A stretch of 64,000 nucleotides of DNA from an uncultured Clostridia bacterium (GCA_934747765.1 CAKVGZ010000001.1:204442-268441); one strand, 5' to 3'. Positions 15,248 to 26,491 are shown, counted from the first letter of the stretch. The notes: generated by a model not told the origin, from the sequence alone. Program-made: numbers and translations.

Positions 15248-16762
15248 ATGATAACAAAAAAAGCGGTAATTCACATTAACTATAACAATATCAGTTTAGT
15301 TGTTCTTGAAACAAAGGACAACTTATATTATAACGTTGTTGATGTTTTTTCAGACACAATTCCATTGGTTGAAGACATCGAGCAAAATGGAATTGTTAGA
15401 CCTGTTTTGATAAAAGAATTGTTAAAAATTTTGAAGATGTACAGGCGAATTTGCGACAACAATTCCATAACAGAAATTGCAACTTTCACAGGAAACTATT
15501 TCAGCAATGCAAAAAACAACAAGAGCATAATTGAAGAAGTGTATAACACTTGCGGATTTTCGATTGTTATCTTAACCCCAGAAGAAGAACTTAGAAACAC
15601 TTTTATTGGTGCAGTTAATGCTAGCGATGTTCCAAAGGGAATTTATTTTTATGTTGGCGAAAATTCAAGTTATCTTGTTCAATTTAACAGACGAAATATG
15701 CTTGCATCTTGCATAATTCCTTTGGGAATTTGCGAATGTGCAAAAATTCTGGAAGGAAGTGAAACATTGGAAGAAAAAATTCAAACCATTTCCAGTGCTT
15801 TCAAACAACATTTCGACAATATAGACTTTGTTCAAAACTTGGACGAAGAAGTTGAATTCATGACAAGTGGCAATTTGATGTTGTCAATTGGCAAAATTGC
15901 CAGAAAAGCAACAAGATATCCTCTCGACCTTGAAAACAACTATGTTCTAACATCTGAAAATTTTGATAAAGTTTTTTCGCTTATCGAAACTGTTGGTGTT
16001 GACAAAACAAAAAAAATCAAGGGAATCAGTTCTGAATCGGCAGACCGAATTTTTGCTGGCGCAATCTTGGCAAAACTTTTCATTGAAAACCTTAATGCAA
16101 ATCATGTTTCAATAAGTTCAGATTCAATATTGGACGGATTTATTGCAACCACTGTTCTTCCTGAAATAATTGAAAAACCACTCAGCGACATGTTTATTTA
16201 TAGTTTGGAAAATATCAGTTCTTTCTTGTCGAATTCAAATTCGAACAATTGCAAGGTTTATGAACTTTGCATCAATGTTTTCAAACAACTTAAAGTCATT
16301 CACAAATTGCCTCGTCCATACATAAAGCCTATGAGAATTGCAGGTTATTTGTATGATTGTGGAAAGAGAATTAATTTTGACAATTATGTTAAAAATTCTT
16401 TCGAAGTTATCCTAAATTCAAAAATTAAAGGTGTTTCCCAAAAAGAAATTCTGCTTGCTGCTTTTGCATGCAAACTTCAAGACTTGGATAATTTCAATTT
16501 GGCAGACTGGGTCAAATACTCTTCAATTGTTTCAGAAGAAGATTCGGATGCAGTCAAAAAAATTGGTGTTCTGGTTCAACTTGCTGCTTCGTTGGATGCA
16601 AGCAAGAGTGGAGCAGTTGATGACTTGACTTGCGACATCTTGGGGGATTCAATCATTATGAAAACAATTGTTAATAAAGATGCCGATTTTGAAATTAAAG
16701 AAGCAATGAAAGTTAACTCAAACTTCAAAAAAGTTTTTACCAAATTCATTGAAGTGATTTAA
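15248..16762 (+). CDS. Ppx/GppA-family phosphatase (exopolyphosphatase-like) with C-terminal helical/HD-like region
   Basis: 504 aa. The length and layout fit Ppx/GppA (N-terminal actin-like ATPase fold with alternating beta/alpha). The sequence is divergent, so the call is moderate. Confidence 0.5.
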   Translation: MITKKAVIHINYNNISLVVLETKDNLYYNVVDVFSDTIPLVEDIEQNGIVRPVLIKELLKILKMYRRICDNNSITEIATFTGNYFSNAKNNKSIIEEVYNTCGFSIVILTPEEELRNTFIGAVNASDVPKGIYFYVGENSSYLVQFNRRNMLASCIIPLGICECAKILEGSETLEEKIQTISSAFKQHFDNIDFVQNLDEEVEFMTSGNLMLSIGKIARKATRYPLDLENNYVLTSENFDKVFSLIETVGVDKTKKIKGISSESADRIFAGAILAKLFIENLNANHVSISSDSILDGFIATTVLPEIIEKPLSDMFIYSLENISSFLSNSNSNNCKVYELCINVFKQLKVIHKLPRPYIKPMRIAGYLYDCGKRINFDNYVKNSFEVILNSKIKGVSQKEILLAAFACKLQDLDNFNLADWVKYSSIVSEEDSDAVKKIGVLVQLAASLDASKSGAVDDLTCDILGDSIIMKTIVNKDADFEIKEAMKVNSNFKKVFTKFIEVI

Positions 16763-16775
16763 TGTTGGAGAAAAT

Positions 16776-17996
16776 ATGAAAAAGAAAAAAGGATTCGTTG
16801 GCATTTTTGCATTATTGTGCTGTTGTGCATTCATCTTTGCAGGATGTACAACGCCTTTTTCATTTATAAACAATCAAAAAAATGGGGTGTATGAATACAC
16901 TTCTTCTTCATATTCAGAAAACACAACAATTAAAACAAAAGATGACGCAACAGAAAGTGAAATTGCGCAAAGTTATATAGACATATCGTTCACTGTTTGC
17001 ATAACCAGAAAAGTTGTTACAGTGGAAAAGAATGAAAAAAACGAAACTGTTGCAACAACAACCAGTGAAGATTTGTATAGCTATGGAAGTGGATTTGTTG
17101 TGCGCTCTGGTGGATTTATTTTAACGAATGAACACGTTGTTTCATCTGCACTTGGTGACCCTGAAACAATAAAAATTGGGAATAAAGAAATAACAACTTC
17201 CTACTTGATTTATGTTAGTCAAGATGGAGGAACAACAAAATATCCGGCAAAACTTTTGTGGGAAAATTCTCAAATTGACATGGCAATAATTGTGTGTGAA
17301 AATTTTGCAAATTTGCCTTCAGCGAAATTAAAAGATAGAAGTGTTCTTTGCTCTAGCACCGAAAAACTTCAACTTTTGGAACGTGTGATAACAGTTGGAA
17401 ATCAAAAAACATACTATGCTTCGGCAACAACTGGAGAAATAACTTCAACTTTGCCTCGCGTTGCAGTTTCTGAAACAAACATTTATGAACATCTCATTCA
17501 GCACAATGCATCCATAAATCACGGAAACAGTGGTGGAGCACTGATAGACACAGATGGATATGTTGTTGGATTGAACACTCTTGGAGATGACGACGCAAAT
17601 TCACTTTTCTTTGCAGTGCCAATTTATCCTGCAATGGTTATTCTCGACAAAGTTGTTGAAAATTATTTAACAACAAAATCTGCAACCAAAGAAATCTTGC
17701 TTGGAATTTCAGCTTATGATTCGATAAGAAGTTCTCTAATCAATGATGGAACCGAAAAATTTACTGAAAAAGGTGTTAAGGTTGACACAGTTGACAGTTC
17801 ATGCATCATAAACGACCTGAAAAAGGGTGACATAATTGTTGGAGTTGTGATTGAAACTTCAAAAGGAATTTTGAATTTTAATGTCGATGACAGCGATATG
17901 TTGGTGTATGCAAGAATGAACATGATTTATGCACAAAACGCAACATTCAAAGTTAAAAGAGGAGGAGTAATTGTTAATTTAACAATTAATATATAG
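16776..17996 (+). CDS. Trypsin-like serine protease (S1C, HtrA/DegP-like) lipoprotein with PDZ-like C-terminus
   Basis: Lipobox 'IFAGC'. Catalytic motifs 'GSGFVV..GFILTNEHVV' (His) and 'NHGNSGGALID' (Ser). Confidence 0.8.
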   Translation: MKKKKGFVGIFALLCCCAFIFAGCTTPFSFINNQKNGVYEYTSSSYSENTTIKTKDDATESEIAQSYIDISFTVCITRKVVTVEKNEKNETVATTTSEDLYSYGSGFVVRSGGFILTNEHVVSSALGDPETIKIGNKEITTSYLIYVSQDGGTTKYPAKLLWENSQIDMAIIVCENFANLPSAKLKDRSVLCSSTEKLQLLERVITVGNQKTYYASATTGEITSTLPRVAVSETNIYEHLIQHNASINHGNSGGALIDTDGYVVGLNTLGDDDANSLFFAVPIYPAMVILDKVVENYLTTKSATKEILLGISAYDSIRSSLINDGTEKFTEKGVKVDTVDSSCIINDLKKGDIIVGVVIETSKGILNFNVDDSDMLVYARMNMIYAQNATFKVKRGGVIVNLTINI

Positions 17997-17998
17997 AA

Positions 17999-19000
17999 AT
18001 GAAATTTAATTTGGCAATCGAACTTGGCGGAGTTAACACTTGCATATATAGAAGAAATCAAGGTTTGGTTTTGAAAGAACCAAGCCTTATTTGCGCTTCT
18101 TGCGTTGGCGACCAATATGAAATTAAAGCAATTGGATTTGATGCTGAAAAACTTCAAGGAAAAACAAATGACACAACCTATATTTTCAGTCCAATTTCTG
18201 GTGGAGAAGTTAAAAGTGTTGAATATGCAACTGAGATGTTGAAAGAATATCTTGGAAAAGTTGAATTGAAAAAATTTCCGAAAGAAAATGCAATCTTTTT
18301 GACCCCAGCAGGAATTTCAGAGGAATCAAAAGAAGATTTGAAAAAGGTTGGAAAATTGTGTGGGCTTGGAAAGGTTGAAGTTGTTCCAAGCATAATTTTT
18401 TCAGCTTACACATCAAACTTGCCAATGGAAGTTGGAAAAACAATTTTGGCTGTGCATATGGGCGGGTCGCTGACGGACGTTGCAACAATAAATATGAATT
18501 CAATTTTGAAAGGTTCTTCGGTTGAACTTGGTGGAAGATTTTTGGATGTTGAAATTGCCGAAAATGTTGCAAAAAAACACAAAATTGAAATTAGTGTGGC
18601 AACGGCAAAAAAAATTAAGGAAGAAATTTCAACCTTAATTGAAGGCGACATTCGAACAACTCAAATTGTTGGAATAGACGAAAATTCTGGGAAACCTAAA
18701 AAAACAACAATTTCAAGTGAAGAAATTTATCCAATCTTGAACAATTTTATAAACGAACTTGTTGTTGCAATTGAAACAACGATAAATCTTTGCCCACCAG
18801 ATGTTTCCAGCGACATAACAGCGGATGGCATTTTTGTGACAGGGGGACTGACAAAAATTCCTGGACTTGGAAAATTTTTGGAGAAGAAACTTCAAATGAA
18901 AGTTAATGTTGTTAAGGATGGTGAACTGGCTCCAATTATGATGGCAGGGAAATTGCTTTCCGACTCATCGCTTATTGAAGAAATGATTGAAAACTTTTAA
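17999..19000 (+). CDS. MreB/Mbl-like actin homolog (divergent)
   Basis: 'AIELGGVNTCIY..QGLVLKEPSLI', 'LAVHMGGSLTDVA', 'IFVTGGLTKIPGLGKFLEKKL'. The order of motifs and the 333-aa length match MreB. Confidence 0.75.
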   Translation: MKFNLAIELGGVNTCIYRRNQGLVLKEPSLICASCVGDQYEIKAIGFDAEKLQGKTNDTTYIFSPISGGEVKSVEYATEMLKEYLGKVELKKFPKENAIFLTPAGISEESKEDLKKVGKLCGLGKVEVVPSIIFSAYTSNLPMEVGKTILAVHMGGSLTDVATINMNSILKGSSVELGGRFLDVEIAENVAKKHKIEISVATAKKIKEEISTLIEGDIRTTQIVGIDENSGKPKKTTISSEEIYPILNNFINELVVAIETTINLCPPDVSSDITADGIFVTGGLTKIPGLGKFLEKKLQMKVNVVKDGELAPIMMAGKLLSDSSLIEEMIENF

Positions 19001-19029
19001 AAAAACATGCTTTTTTGCATGTTTTTTTA

Positions 19030-20607
19030 TTAATTATTAGCACCAACATATTCTTCATACGAACATTTTTTGTCAACAAACGTATTTTCATCAACAATGT
19101 CTATGATTCTGTTTGCAACTGTTTCAACAATTTCTTGGTCGTGAGATGCAAAAATCATGACGCCTTTGAAATTTATCATTCCTTTGTTCAAAGAAGTTAT
19201 GCTTTCAAGGTCGAGGTGGTTGGTTGGCTCATCCAGAAGAACAACGTTTCCGCCTTCAAGCATCATTTTTGCCATCATACATCTAACTTTTTCACCACCT
19301 GAAAGAACGTTTGCTTCTTTAAGAGCTTCTTCTCCTGAAAAAAGCATTCTTCCAAGCCAGCTTCGAATGTAAGTTTCTGTTTGGTCTTTTGAAAATTGTC
19401 GTAACCAGTCAACAAGTGAAAGTTTGCAGTTTTCAAAATATTTTCTGTTGTCTTGAGGCAAATACGTCACTTTGGTTGTTTTTCCCCAAGTCACTTTTCC
19501 GCTGTCTGGAGCTTCTAGCCCCATGAGTATGTTGAACAATGTTGTGACAGCCAAACCATTCGAACACAAAATTGCAATTTTATCATCATGGCCAACAGTG
19601 AAAGAAAGGTTTTTGAACATTCCTTTTTTTGTTAAATTCTCAACTTTCAAAATTTCTTTTCCAAGGTCTTGAGTCATTTCAAAATTGATGTAAGGATATT
19701 TTCTTGAAGAAGGTTTGAAATCTTCAATTGTAAGTTTTTCAAGTTCTTTTTTTCTTGAAGTTGCTTGCTTAGATTTTGAAGCATTTGCCGAGAAGCGAGC
19801 AATGAAATCTTTCAATTCCTTTGCACGTTGTTCCGCTTTTTTGTTTTGTTCTTTTGCTTGGCGCGCCATAAGTTGGCTTGTTTCGTACCAGAAATCATAG
19901 TTCCCAAGATACATGTTAATTTGACCAAAATCAACGTCGCATGTGTGTGTGCAAACCTTATTTAGGAAGTGACGGTTGTGTGAAACGATAATAACTGTGT
20001 TTTCAAAATTCAAAAGATAATTCTCAAGCCATCTTGTTGTTTTGAAGTCCAAGTTGTTTGTTGGTTCATCCAAAATCAAAATGTCGGGCGAAAGGAACAA
20101 TGCTTGAGCAAGAAGAACTTTAACTTTCTGTTTAGGGTCAATTTCACTCATCAAAGTGTCAAACAAATTTTCTGGAATGCCTATTCCTGAAAGGAGAGTT
20201 TTGGCTTCACTTTCTGCTTCCCAGCCACCAAGTTCTGCAAATTCTGTTTCAAGTTCGCCTGCCAAAATGCCGTCTTGTTCTGAGAAATCTGGCTTCATGT
20301 ATAGTTCATCTTTTTGCTTTTGAACCTCCATCAAACGTTTGTGTCCAAGAAGAACTGTTTCCAAAACTGTTTTATCGTCAAACTTGTTTTGATTTTGTTC
20401 CAAAACTGACATTCTTTCATTTTTATCGATGAGAACTTCGCCTTTGTTTGGTTCAAGTTCGCCAGTTAATATTTTTAAAAATGTTGATTTTCCTGCGCCA
20501 TTTGCGCCAATTATTCCATAGCAATTGCCTTTGGAAAATTTCAGGTTAACATCTTTGAACAAAATTCGTCCACCGAATTGCAACGAAACATTTGAAACTT
20601 GTATCAT
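19030..20607 (-). CDS. ABC-F family ATPase (two ABC domains, no TM; translation factor type)
   Basis: Walker A 'GANGAGKSTF' and a second NBD, signature 'LSGGEKVR', and an inter-domain K/E-rich linker. The leader is short with no attenuator. Confidence 0.9.
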   Translation of the reverse strand: MIQVSNVSLQFGGRILFKDVNLKFSKGNCYGIIGANGAGKSTFLKILTGELEPNKGEVLIDKNERMSVLEQNQNKFDDKTVLETVLLGHKRLMEVQKQKDELYMKPDFSEQDGILAGELETEFAELGGWEAESEAKTLLSGIGIPENLFDTLMSEIDPKQKVKVLLAQALFLSPDILILDEPTNNLDFKTTRWLENYLLNFENTVIIVSHNRHFLNKVCTHTCDVDFGQINMYLGNYDFWYETSQLMARQAKEQNKKAEQRAKELKDFIARFSANASKSKQATSRKKELEKLTIEDFKPSSRKYPYINFEMTQDLGKEILKVENLTKKGMFKNLSFTVGHDDKIAILCSNGLAVTTLFNILMGLEAPDSGKVTWGKTTKVTYLPQDNRKYFENCKLSLVDWLRQFSKDQTETYIRSWLGRMLFSGEEALKEANVLSGGEKVRCMMAKMMLEGGNVVLLDEPTNHLDLESITSLNKGMINFKGVMIFASHDQEIVETVANRIIDIVDENTFVDKKCSYEEYVGANN

Positions 20608-20732
20608 AAAATTTTTCCTTTTAATTGTTTTTCACGCACGATTATAACATGTTTTAATTTTTAAAACAAGTGTATTCAATCTTGTTTACTTTTTATTTTC
20701 TTTGTGATATTATTCTCTCATAAGGAGTTTGT

Positions 20733-21041
20733 ATGGAAAATTTAGAAGAAACCCAAGAAAGAGAAATTGATTATGACAAATATTTCAATGAGATAAAAAA
20801 ACTTGCAAACGATATGATGACGGAAATTGACTATTCAACAAAAATAAAAAGCGAAATCCGTGAAGATGCCTATATCATTTTGGATGCAATTGTTAATGCC
20901 TGCGAAATTAGTAATTTGAGAATTTTGAATGGACTTATTGTTGGCTTTGATTTTATTGCTTCAAGCATAAAACCAATAAAATTTTTGTATAAAGAAATGA
21001 AAAACATTCTTGTAGATTTTTATGAAAAAATTCAAGAATAG
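20733..21041 (+). CDS. Hypothetical protein
   Basis: 102 aa with AAGGAG RBS. No recognisable motif. Confidence 0.4.
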   Translation: MENLEETQEREIDYDKYFNEIKKLANDMMTEIDYSTKIKSEIREDAYIILDAIVNACEISNLRILNGLIVGFDFIASSIKPIKFLYKEMKNILVDFYEKIQE

Positions 21042-21080
21042 GGCAACGAAAACGCCCTTTCTTTTTTGTGTGGAGAAAAA

Positions 21081-21851
21081 ATGAACGAATTTAATTTGAA
21101 TGAAATTGACAAAACTTTTGTGAATTACAAAGATAAAAAACTTCATGAGGGAATTGTTTTTGCAATTCAGCCTGAAGGCATTGTTTTTAATCTTGGAGGA
21201 AAAGTTGATGCTTTTATTCCAAAAGATGAGATTGAAAATTTTGGTGAAAGAAAAATTGGTGAAAGATTTTCTGTTATGCTTTTGGGTGGAAAAAATGAAG
21301 ATGGTCTTTTTTTGGCTTCTCAAAAAAGAGCAGAGAAAATTGAAGTTGAAAACCAAAACGCAAAATCCATAAAATTGGGATGCAGTTTCACCTGCGTCAT
21401 TGATTCGATAAAAAACAATTGCCTTGTTTCGCACCTCGGAGATTACACAATAGAAATCCCTGAAGCAGAAATTTCAATCAGAAAAATCAATCCAAAATTT
21501 TTATTGCACAAAAAAGTTGATGCAATTGCAATTGAAATAAATTCTGAAACAAAGAATATAAAAGGGTCAATCAGAATTTTGGAAGAAAAAGAAAAACAGG
21601 CAAACGAAGAAATTTTCTGGAGGACAAATTTTGTTAATAAAGTTGTTGATGGAAAAGTGAAAAATTTCACCACTTATGGGGCATTTGTGGATGTTGGGGG
21701 AGTTAACTGCCTTGCGCACATCTCAAATCTTTCAAACAAAAAATTGCAATCTCCAAGCGAAGTTTTGGAAATTGGCAAAACATATAAATTTAGAATTTTG
21801 GAAATGAACAAAAACACAAAACGTGTTTCACTTGGAATAAAACAACTATAA
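21081..21851 (+). CDS. S1 RNA-binding domain protein (multiple S1/OB repeats)
   Basis: 'VVDGKVKNFTTYGAFVDVGGVNCLAHISNLS...GKTYKFRILEMNKNTKRVSLG' is a classic S1 motif, and earlier degenerate repeats are present. GGAGAAAAA-ATG start. Confidence 0.75.
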   Translation: MNEFNLNEIDKTFVNYKDKKLHEGIVFAIQPEGIVFNLGGKVDAFIPKDEIENFGERKIGERFSVMLLGGKNEDGLFLASQKRAEKIEVENQNAKSIKLGCSFTCVIDSIKNNCLVSHLGDYTIEIPEAEISIRKINPKFLLHKKVDAIAIEINSETKNIKGSIRILEEKEKQANEEIFWRTNFVNKVVDGKVKNFTTYGAFVDVGGVNCLAHISNLSNKKLQSPSEVLEIGKTYKFRILEMNKNTKRVSLGIKQL

Positions 21852-21877
21852 AAAAATCAGCATGATTGCTGATTTTT

Positions 21878-22369
21878 TTATGTTAATGTGATTGTGTTTT
21901 CATCTTTTAATTTTTTTCCACGTTCTTCTTCCAACTCTTTTTTAGTTTTGTATCCTGCTTTTTCTTTTTGAGCTTCAATATCTTTCAACCAACTTTGAGC
22001 AAGATTGAAAACATCGTAGAATGGTTCTTCTTCAGTTGGTTCGTGCTCACAGTGAGGATTAAGAGTTTGTTCAACGCGCTGAACAAGCGCTTGGCTTTCT
22101 CTGATTCTTTTTTCCTCTTTTGCTTTTGCTCTTTCTTCTTTTTGTTGTTGTTTCAATTTGAGCTTTTCTTCCCTTATTTTCTTATTTTCTTCGCTCTTCA
22201 CTTTTCTTTCAGCTTTAGCCGTTTCAAAATCTTCTTTAATTTGTTTCAAGTTATTTATAAATTCTTCCTTATTCTTTTTATTTTGTTCTTTTAGGTTTTC
22301 AAAAACTTTTTTAGCAGAAAATTTCTTTTTCTCTTTTGTTTTATCAGTTAATTTTTTGTTTTCTTCCAT
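21878..22369 (-). CDS. Hypothetical Lys/Glu-rich protein
   Basis: 163 aa. Charged low-complexity N-terminal two thirds and a short conserved-looking C-terminus. AAGGAGAAT RBS. Confidence 0.45.
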   Translation of the reverse strand: MEENKKLTDKTKEKKKFSAKKVFENLKEQNKKNKEEFINNLKQIKEDFETAKAERKVKSEENKKIREEKLKLKQQQKEERAKAKEEKRIRESQALVQRVEQTLNPHCEHEPTEEEPFYDVFNLAQSWLKDIEAQKEKAGYKTKKELEEERGKKLKDENTITLT

Positions 22370-22496
22370 AAAATTCTCCTTGTGAACTTATTATATCACA
22401 AAAAACAAAGAAATCAACAGAAAAATAAAATTTAGTAACTTTATTTTTTCATTTACAATTTTTTTAAAAATTTTGCAACCTTTTTACTAAGTTTAG

Positions 22497-22572
<76 letters not shown>

Positions 22573-22723
22573 ATTCGAGGGTAGGATAGCATAGTTTTTT
22601 TTGTTTGTCAAAAATATTCTCACTTTTTCAATTTTTAATTTCAAATCGTTTTGAAATATCTTTTCTCTGGTGTAATATTTTTTTGGTGAAGTAAACACTT
22701 AAATTTTTTTTGAAGGAGAAAGT

Positions 22724-25357
22724 ATGGCAAAAAACAAATATGTTTACCTCTTTTCAGAGGGAAACGCAAAGATGAAAAATCTATTAGGGGGTAAAGGTGC
22801 TAACCTTGCAGAAATGACAAACATTGGTCTTCCTGTTCCACAAGGTTTCACAGTTTCAACTGAAGCTTGTTGCAGATATTATTCTGACGGCAAAATGCTT
22901 GCTGATGACATCATCAAGCAAATTATGGACGGACTTGCAAAAATGGAAAAAGTCACTGGCAAAAAATTTGGTGACAAAACAAATCCACTTTTGGTTTCTG
23001 TTAGAAGTGGTGCAAGAGTTTCCATGCCTGGAATGATGGACACAATTTTGAATCTTGGTCTTAACAGCGAAGTTGTTGAAGGATTGGCAGAACTGACAAA
23101 CAATCCACGTTTCGCTTATGACAGTTATAGAAGATTTATTCAAATGTTCTCAGACGTTGCTTTGGGACTTGACAAATCTAATTTTGAAAAAATTATTGAC
23201 AAAATGAAAGAAGAAAAGGGTGTTAAACTTGACACTGAACTTGATGCAAACGACCTTAAAGAAATGGTTAAAAAATTCAAGGCCCTTTTCAAAAAAGAAA
23301 TGAAATATGATTTCCCAGAAGAACCAAAAATGCAACTTTTGGAAGCTGTTAAAGCAGTTTTCCGCTCATGGGACAATCCTCGTGCAGTATATTACAGAAG
23401 AGTTAACGAAATTCCTTCATCTTGGGGAACTGCAGTTAACATTCAATCTATGGTTTTTGGAAATATGGGTGAGCAGAGCGGAACTGGTGTTGCTTTCACC
23501 CGTGACCCAGCAACTGGCGAAAAGAAATTATATGGCGAATATTTGATGAATGCTCAAGGCGAAGATGTTGTTGCAGGAATCAGAACTCCACAACCTATTT
23601 CTCATCTTAAAGAGCAAAATGAAAATTTATATAATCAATTTGTTGCAATTGCAAACAAACTTGAAAAACATTATCGCGATATGCAAGACATGGAGTTCAC
23701 CATTGAAAATGGAAAGCTTTATATGCTTCAAACAAGAAACGGAAAAAGAACAGCAAAAGCTGCTTTGAAAATTGCTGTTGACCTTGTTAAAGAAGGAATG
23801 TTGTCTGAAAAAGATGCACTTTTAAAACTTGAACCAAAACAACTTGACGCTCTTTTGCACCCACAATTTGACGCTGATGCGTTGAAAAAGGCAAAGCCAA
23901 TTGGCAAAGCTCTTCCAGCATCCCCAGGCGCTGCAAGCGGTGTTGTTGCATTCACTGCTGAAAGAGCAATTGAACTTCATAAGGAAGGCAAAAAAGTTGT
24001 CCTTGTTCGTTTGGAAACTTCTCCAGAAGACATTGAAGGAATGGCTGTCAGTGAGGGAATTTTGACTGCACGTGGCGGAAGAACTTCTCATGCTGCTGTT
24101 GTTGCAAGAGGAATGGGAACTGCTTGCGTTGCAGGATGTCAAGAACTTCTTGTTGACGAAGAAGCAAAGAAATTTAAACTTGACGGAAAAACCTTCAAAG
24201 AAGGTGATTCAATTTCAATTGACGGCTCAACAGGATTTATCTATGGCGAGGCTGTTAAAACTGTTCCTGCATCAATTTCCGGAGATTTCGGAACAATTAT
24301 GAGTTGGGCAGACAAATATCGCGTTCTTCAAGTTAGAACAAATGCCGACACTCCAAATGATGCAAAAACTGCATTTAATTTTGGAGCAGAAGGAATTGGT
24401 CTTTGCAGAACTGAACATATGTTCTTTGACGCAGATAGAATTCCAGCAGTTCGCGAAATGATTGTTTCAAAAACTGTTGAAGAAAGAAAACGTGCACTCA
24501 AAAAACTTCTTCCAATGCAAAAGAAAGACTTCATTGGTCTTTATAAAGCAATGCAAGGAAAACCTGTTACTATTCGTTTCTTGGATCCACCTCTACACGA
24601 ATTCTTGCCTCATGAAGATGCTGAAATAAAAGCCCTTGCAAAAGAAATGGGCTTGACTTTTGAAGAGTTGAAAGAAACAGTTGAAGGGCTTCATGAAGTT
24701 AACCCAATGATGGGACACAGAGGTCTTAGACTTGCTGTGACATATCCTGAAATTGCAGAAATGCAAACTCGCGCAGTTATAGAAGCTGCAATTAAAGTTA
24801 AAGAAGAAGGCAAATTTGATGTTATTCCAGAAATTATGATTCCTTTAACTTGCGACAGCAAAGAATTCAATTTTGTTCGCGACATAGTTGCACGTGTTGC
24901 AGATGAAATCATCGAAAGCAAAGGTGTTAAATTGACTTACAAAATTGGAACCATGATTGAAATTCCACGCGCTGCATTAACAGCCGATGAAATTGCAAAA
25001 ACAGCCCAATTCTTCTCATTTGGAACAAACGATTTGACTCAAATGACCTATGGCTTTAGTCGTGATGATGCAGGAAAATTCTTGGATATTTATTATGAAA
25101 GAAAAATATTCGAAAATGACCCATTTGCAAGACTTGACCAAAATGGTGTTGGAAAATTAATCAAAATTGCAGCCGACCTTGGAAAGTCCACAAGAAAAGA
25201 CATCAAACTTGGAATTTGTGGCGAACATGGTGGAGACCCAAGCAGTGTTGAATTCTGCCATAACATTGGTCTAACATACGTTTCTTGCTCACCATTCCGT
25301 GTTCCAATTGCACGTCTTTCGGCAGCTCAAGCAAACATCAAGAACCCTAGAAAATAA
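22724..25357 (+). CDS. ppdK: Pyruvate, phosphate dikinase
   Basis: 877 aa. 'GGKGANLAEM', the phospho-His region 'GGRTSHAAVVARGMG', and the PEP-utilising C-terminus 'FFSFGTNDLTQM'. Confidence 0.97.
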   Translation: MAKNKYVYLFSEGNAKMKNLLGGKGANLAEMTNIGLPVPQGFTVSTEACCRYYSDGKMLADDIIKQIMDGLAKMEKVTGKKFGDKTNPLLVSVRSGARVSMPGMMDTILNLGLNSEVVEGLAELTNNPRFAYDSYRRFIQMFSDVALGLDKSNFEKIIDKMKEEKGVKLDTELDANDLKEMVKKFKALFKKEMKYDFPEEPKMQLLEAVKAVFRSWDNPRAVYYRRVNEIPSSWGTAVNIQSMVFGNMGEQSGTGVAFTRDPATGEKKLYGEYLMNAQGEDVVAGIRTPQPISHLKEQNENLYNQFVAIANKLEKHYRDMQDMEFTIENGKLYMLQTRNGKRTAKAALKIAVDLVKEGMLSEKDALLKLEPKQLDALLHPQFDADALKKAKPIGKALPASPGAASGVVAFTAERAIELHKEGKKVVLVRLETSPEDIEGMAVSEGILTARGGRTSHAAVVARGMGTACVAGCQELLVDEEAKKFKLDGKTFKEGDSISIDGSTGFIYGEAVKTVPASISGDFGTIMSWADKYRVLQVRTNADTPNDAKTAFNFGAEGIGLCRTEHMFFDADRIPAVREMIVSKTVEERKRALKKLLPMQKKDFIGLYKAMQGKPVTIRFLDPPLHEFLPHEDAEIKALAKEMGLTFEELKETVEGLHEVNPMMGHRGLRLAVTYPEIAEMQTRAVIEAAIKVKEEGKFDVIPEIMIPLTCDSKEFNFVRDIVARVADEIIESKGVKLTYKIGTMIEIPRAALTADEIAKTAQFFSFGTNDLTQMTYGFSRDDAGKFLDIYYERKIFENDPFARLDQNGVGKLIKIAADLGKSTRKDIKLGICGEHGGDPSSVEFCHNIGLTYVSCSPFRVPIARLSAAQANIKNPRK

Positions 25358-25474
25358 CAAAAAAAGGACATTTGATTGTCCTTATTTTTAATATGTAACA
25401 AATTTTGAAATATAATTTTGACTTTTCAATTTTTTCTGATATTCTTAATTATAATATATTTTTTTGGAGGAAAA

Positions 25475-26491
25475 ATGAAAGTTGTTATCGACACACTTGG
25501 GGGGGATTATGCGCCTTATGAAATAATAAAAGGGGCAATTGATGCGCAAAACAAACATGATGACCTTTCAATTATTTTTTGCGGAAAAGAAGATGAAATT
25601 TCCAGTTGTTTAGGAAAACTTAAATATGACAAAGAGAGAACAGAGATTGTTGATGCTCCAGACATGATTTCAAACAACGAAGTTCCAACTGTTGCAATTA
25701 AAGAAAAAAAGAATTCTTCACTTGCTGTTGCGTTTGACATTTTGAAAAAAAATGACGACGTTGTTGGTCTTGTTTCTGCCGGGAGCACTGGAGCAATTTT
25801 GGCGGGCGGATTTTTGAAAATTGGCCGAATTAAGGGTGTTTCTCGCCCTACATTATGTCCATTTTTGCCAACAAAAAAAGGTGGATATGTTCTTGTTGCC
25901 GATTGTGGAGCGAATGTTGATTGCAAGCCAATCAATCTTTGTCATTTTGCACTTATGGCAAACGAATATTATAAAGAACGTTTCGGAAAACAAAATCCAA
26001 GGGTGGCACTTTTGAGCGTTGGAACTGAGGACCACAAGGGAAACGACCTTTGCCATCAAGTTTTTCCACTTATGAAACAACTTGACATAAATTTTGTTGG
26101 AAACATGGAAGCCAGAGATGTTATGAGCGGAGATTATGATGTTGTCATCGCCGACGGATTTGCGGGCAATGTTTTGTTGAAGTCAACAGAAGGTGCGCTT
26201 AAAATCATGATGAGTGAACTTAAAAAATCGATAAAATCAAATTTCTTTTCAAAAATGGCTTCTGTTTTTATGCTTGGTGCATTCAAGAATTTGAAAAAAA
26301 CTTATGACTTCAATTCCTATGGCGGATCACCATTTTTAGGATGTAAAAAATTGATAATAAAATCACACGGCTCAAGCAAGGCAAAGGCAATTGAAGTTTC
26401 AATTGACGAAATAATAACTTTGAAAAACAAGAATCTCAACTATCGCATCGAAAAAGCAATTGAAAATGCAAAAATCAACATTGAAGAGTGA
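25475..26491 (+). CDS. plsX: Phosphate acyltransferase PlsX
   Basis: 'MKVVIDTLGGDYAP', 'SAGSTGA', 'DGFAGNVLLKSTEG'. GGAGGAAAA RBS before ATG 25475. Confidence 0.93.
   Translation: MKVVIDTLGGDYAPYEIIKGAIDAQNKHDDLSIIFCGKEDEISSCLGKLKYDKERTEIVDAPDMISNNEVPTVAIKEKKNSSLAVAFDILKKNDDVVGLVSAGSTGAILAGGFLKIGRIKGVSRPTLCPFLPTKKGGYVLVADCGANVDCKPINLCHFALMANEYYKERFGKQNPRVALLSVGTEDHKGNDLCHQVFPLMKQLDINFVGNMEARDVMSGDYDVVIADGFAGNVLLKSTEGALKIMMSELKKSIKSNFFSKMASVFMLGAFKNLKKTYDFNSYGGSPFLGCKKLIIKSHGSSKAKAIEVSIDEIITLKNKNLNYRIEKAIENAKINIEE

Noticed and set aside
21878-22369. K/E-rich ORF and its two + strand shadow ORFs as a possible repeat or low-complexity artefact
   Set aside because: The minus-strand frame has an RBS, a non-repetitive C-terminal third and a terminator-like context, so it is kept as a hypothetical CDS. 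The + strand F/L/S-rich ORFs are antisense shadows.
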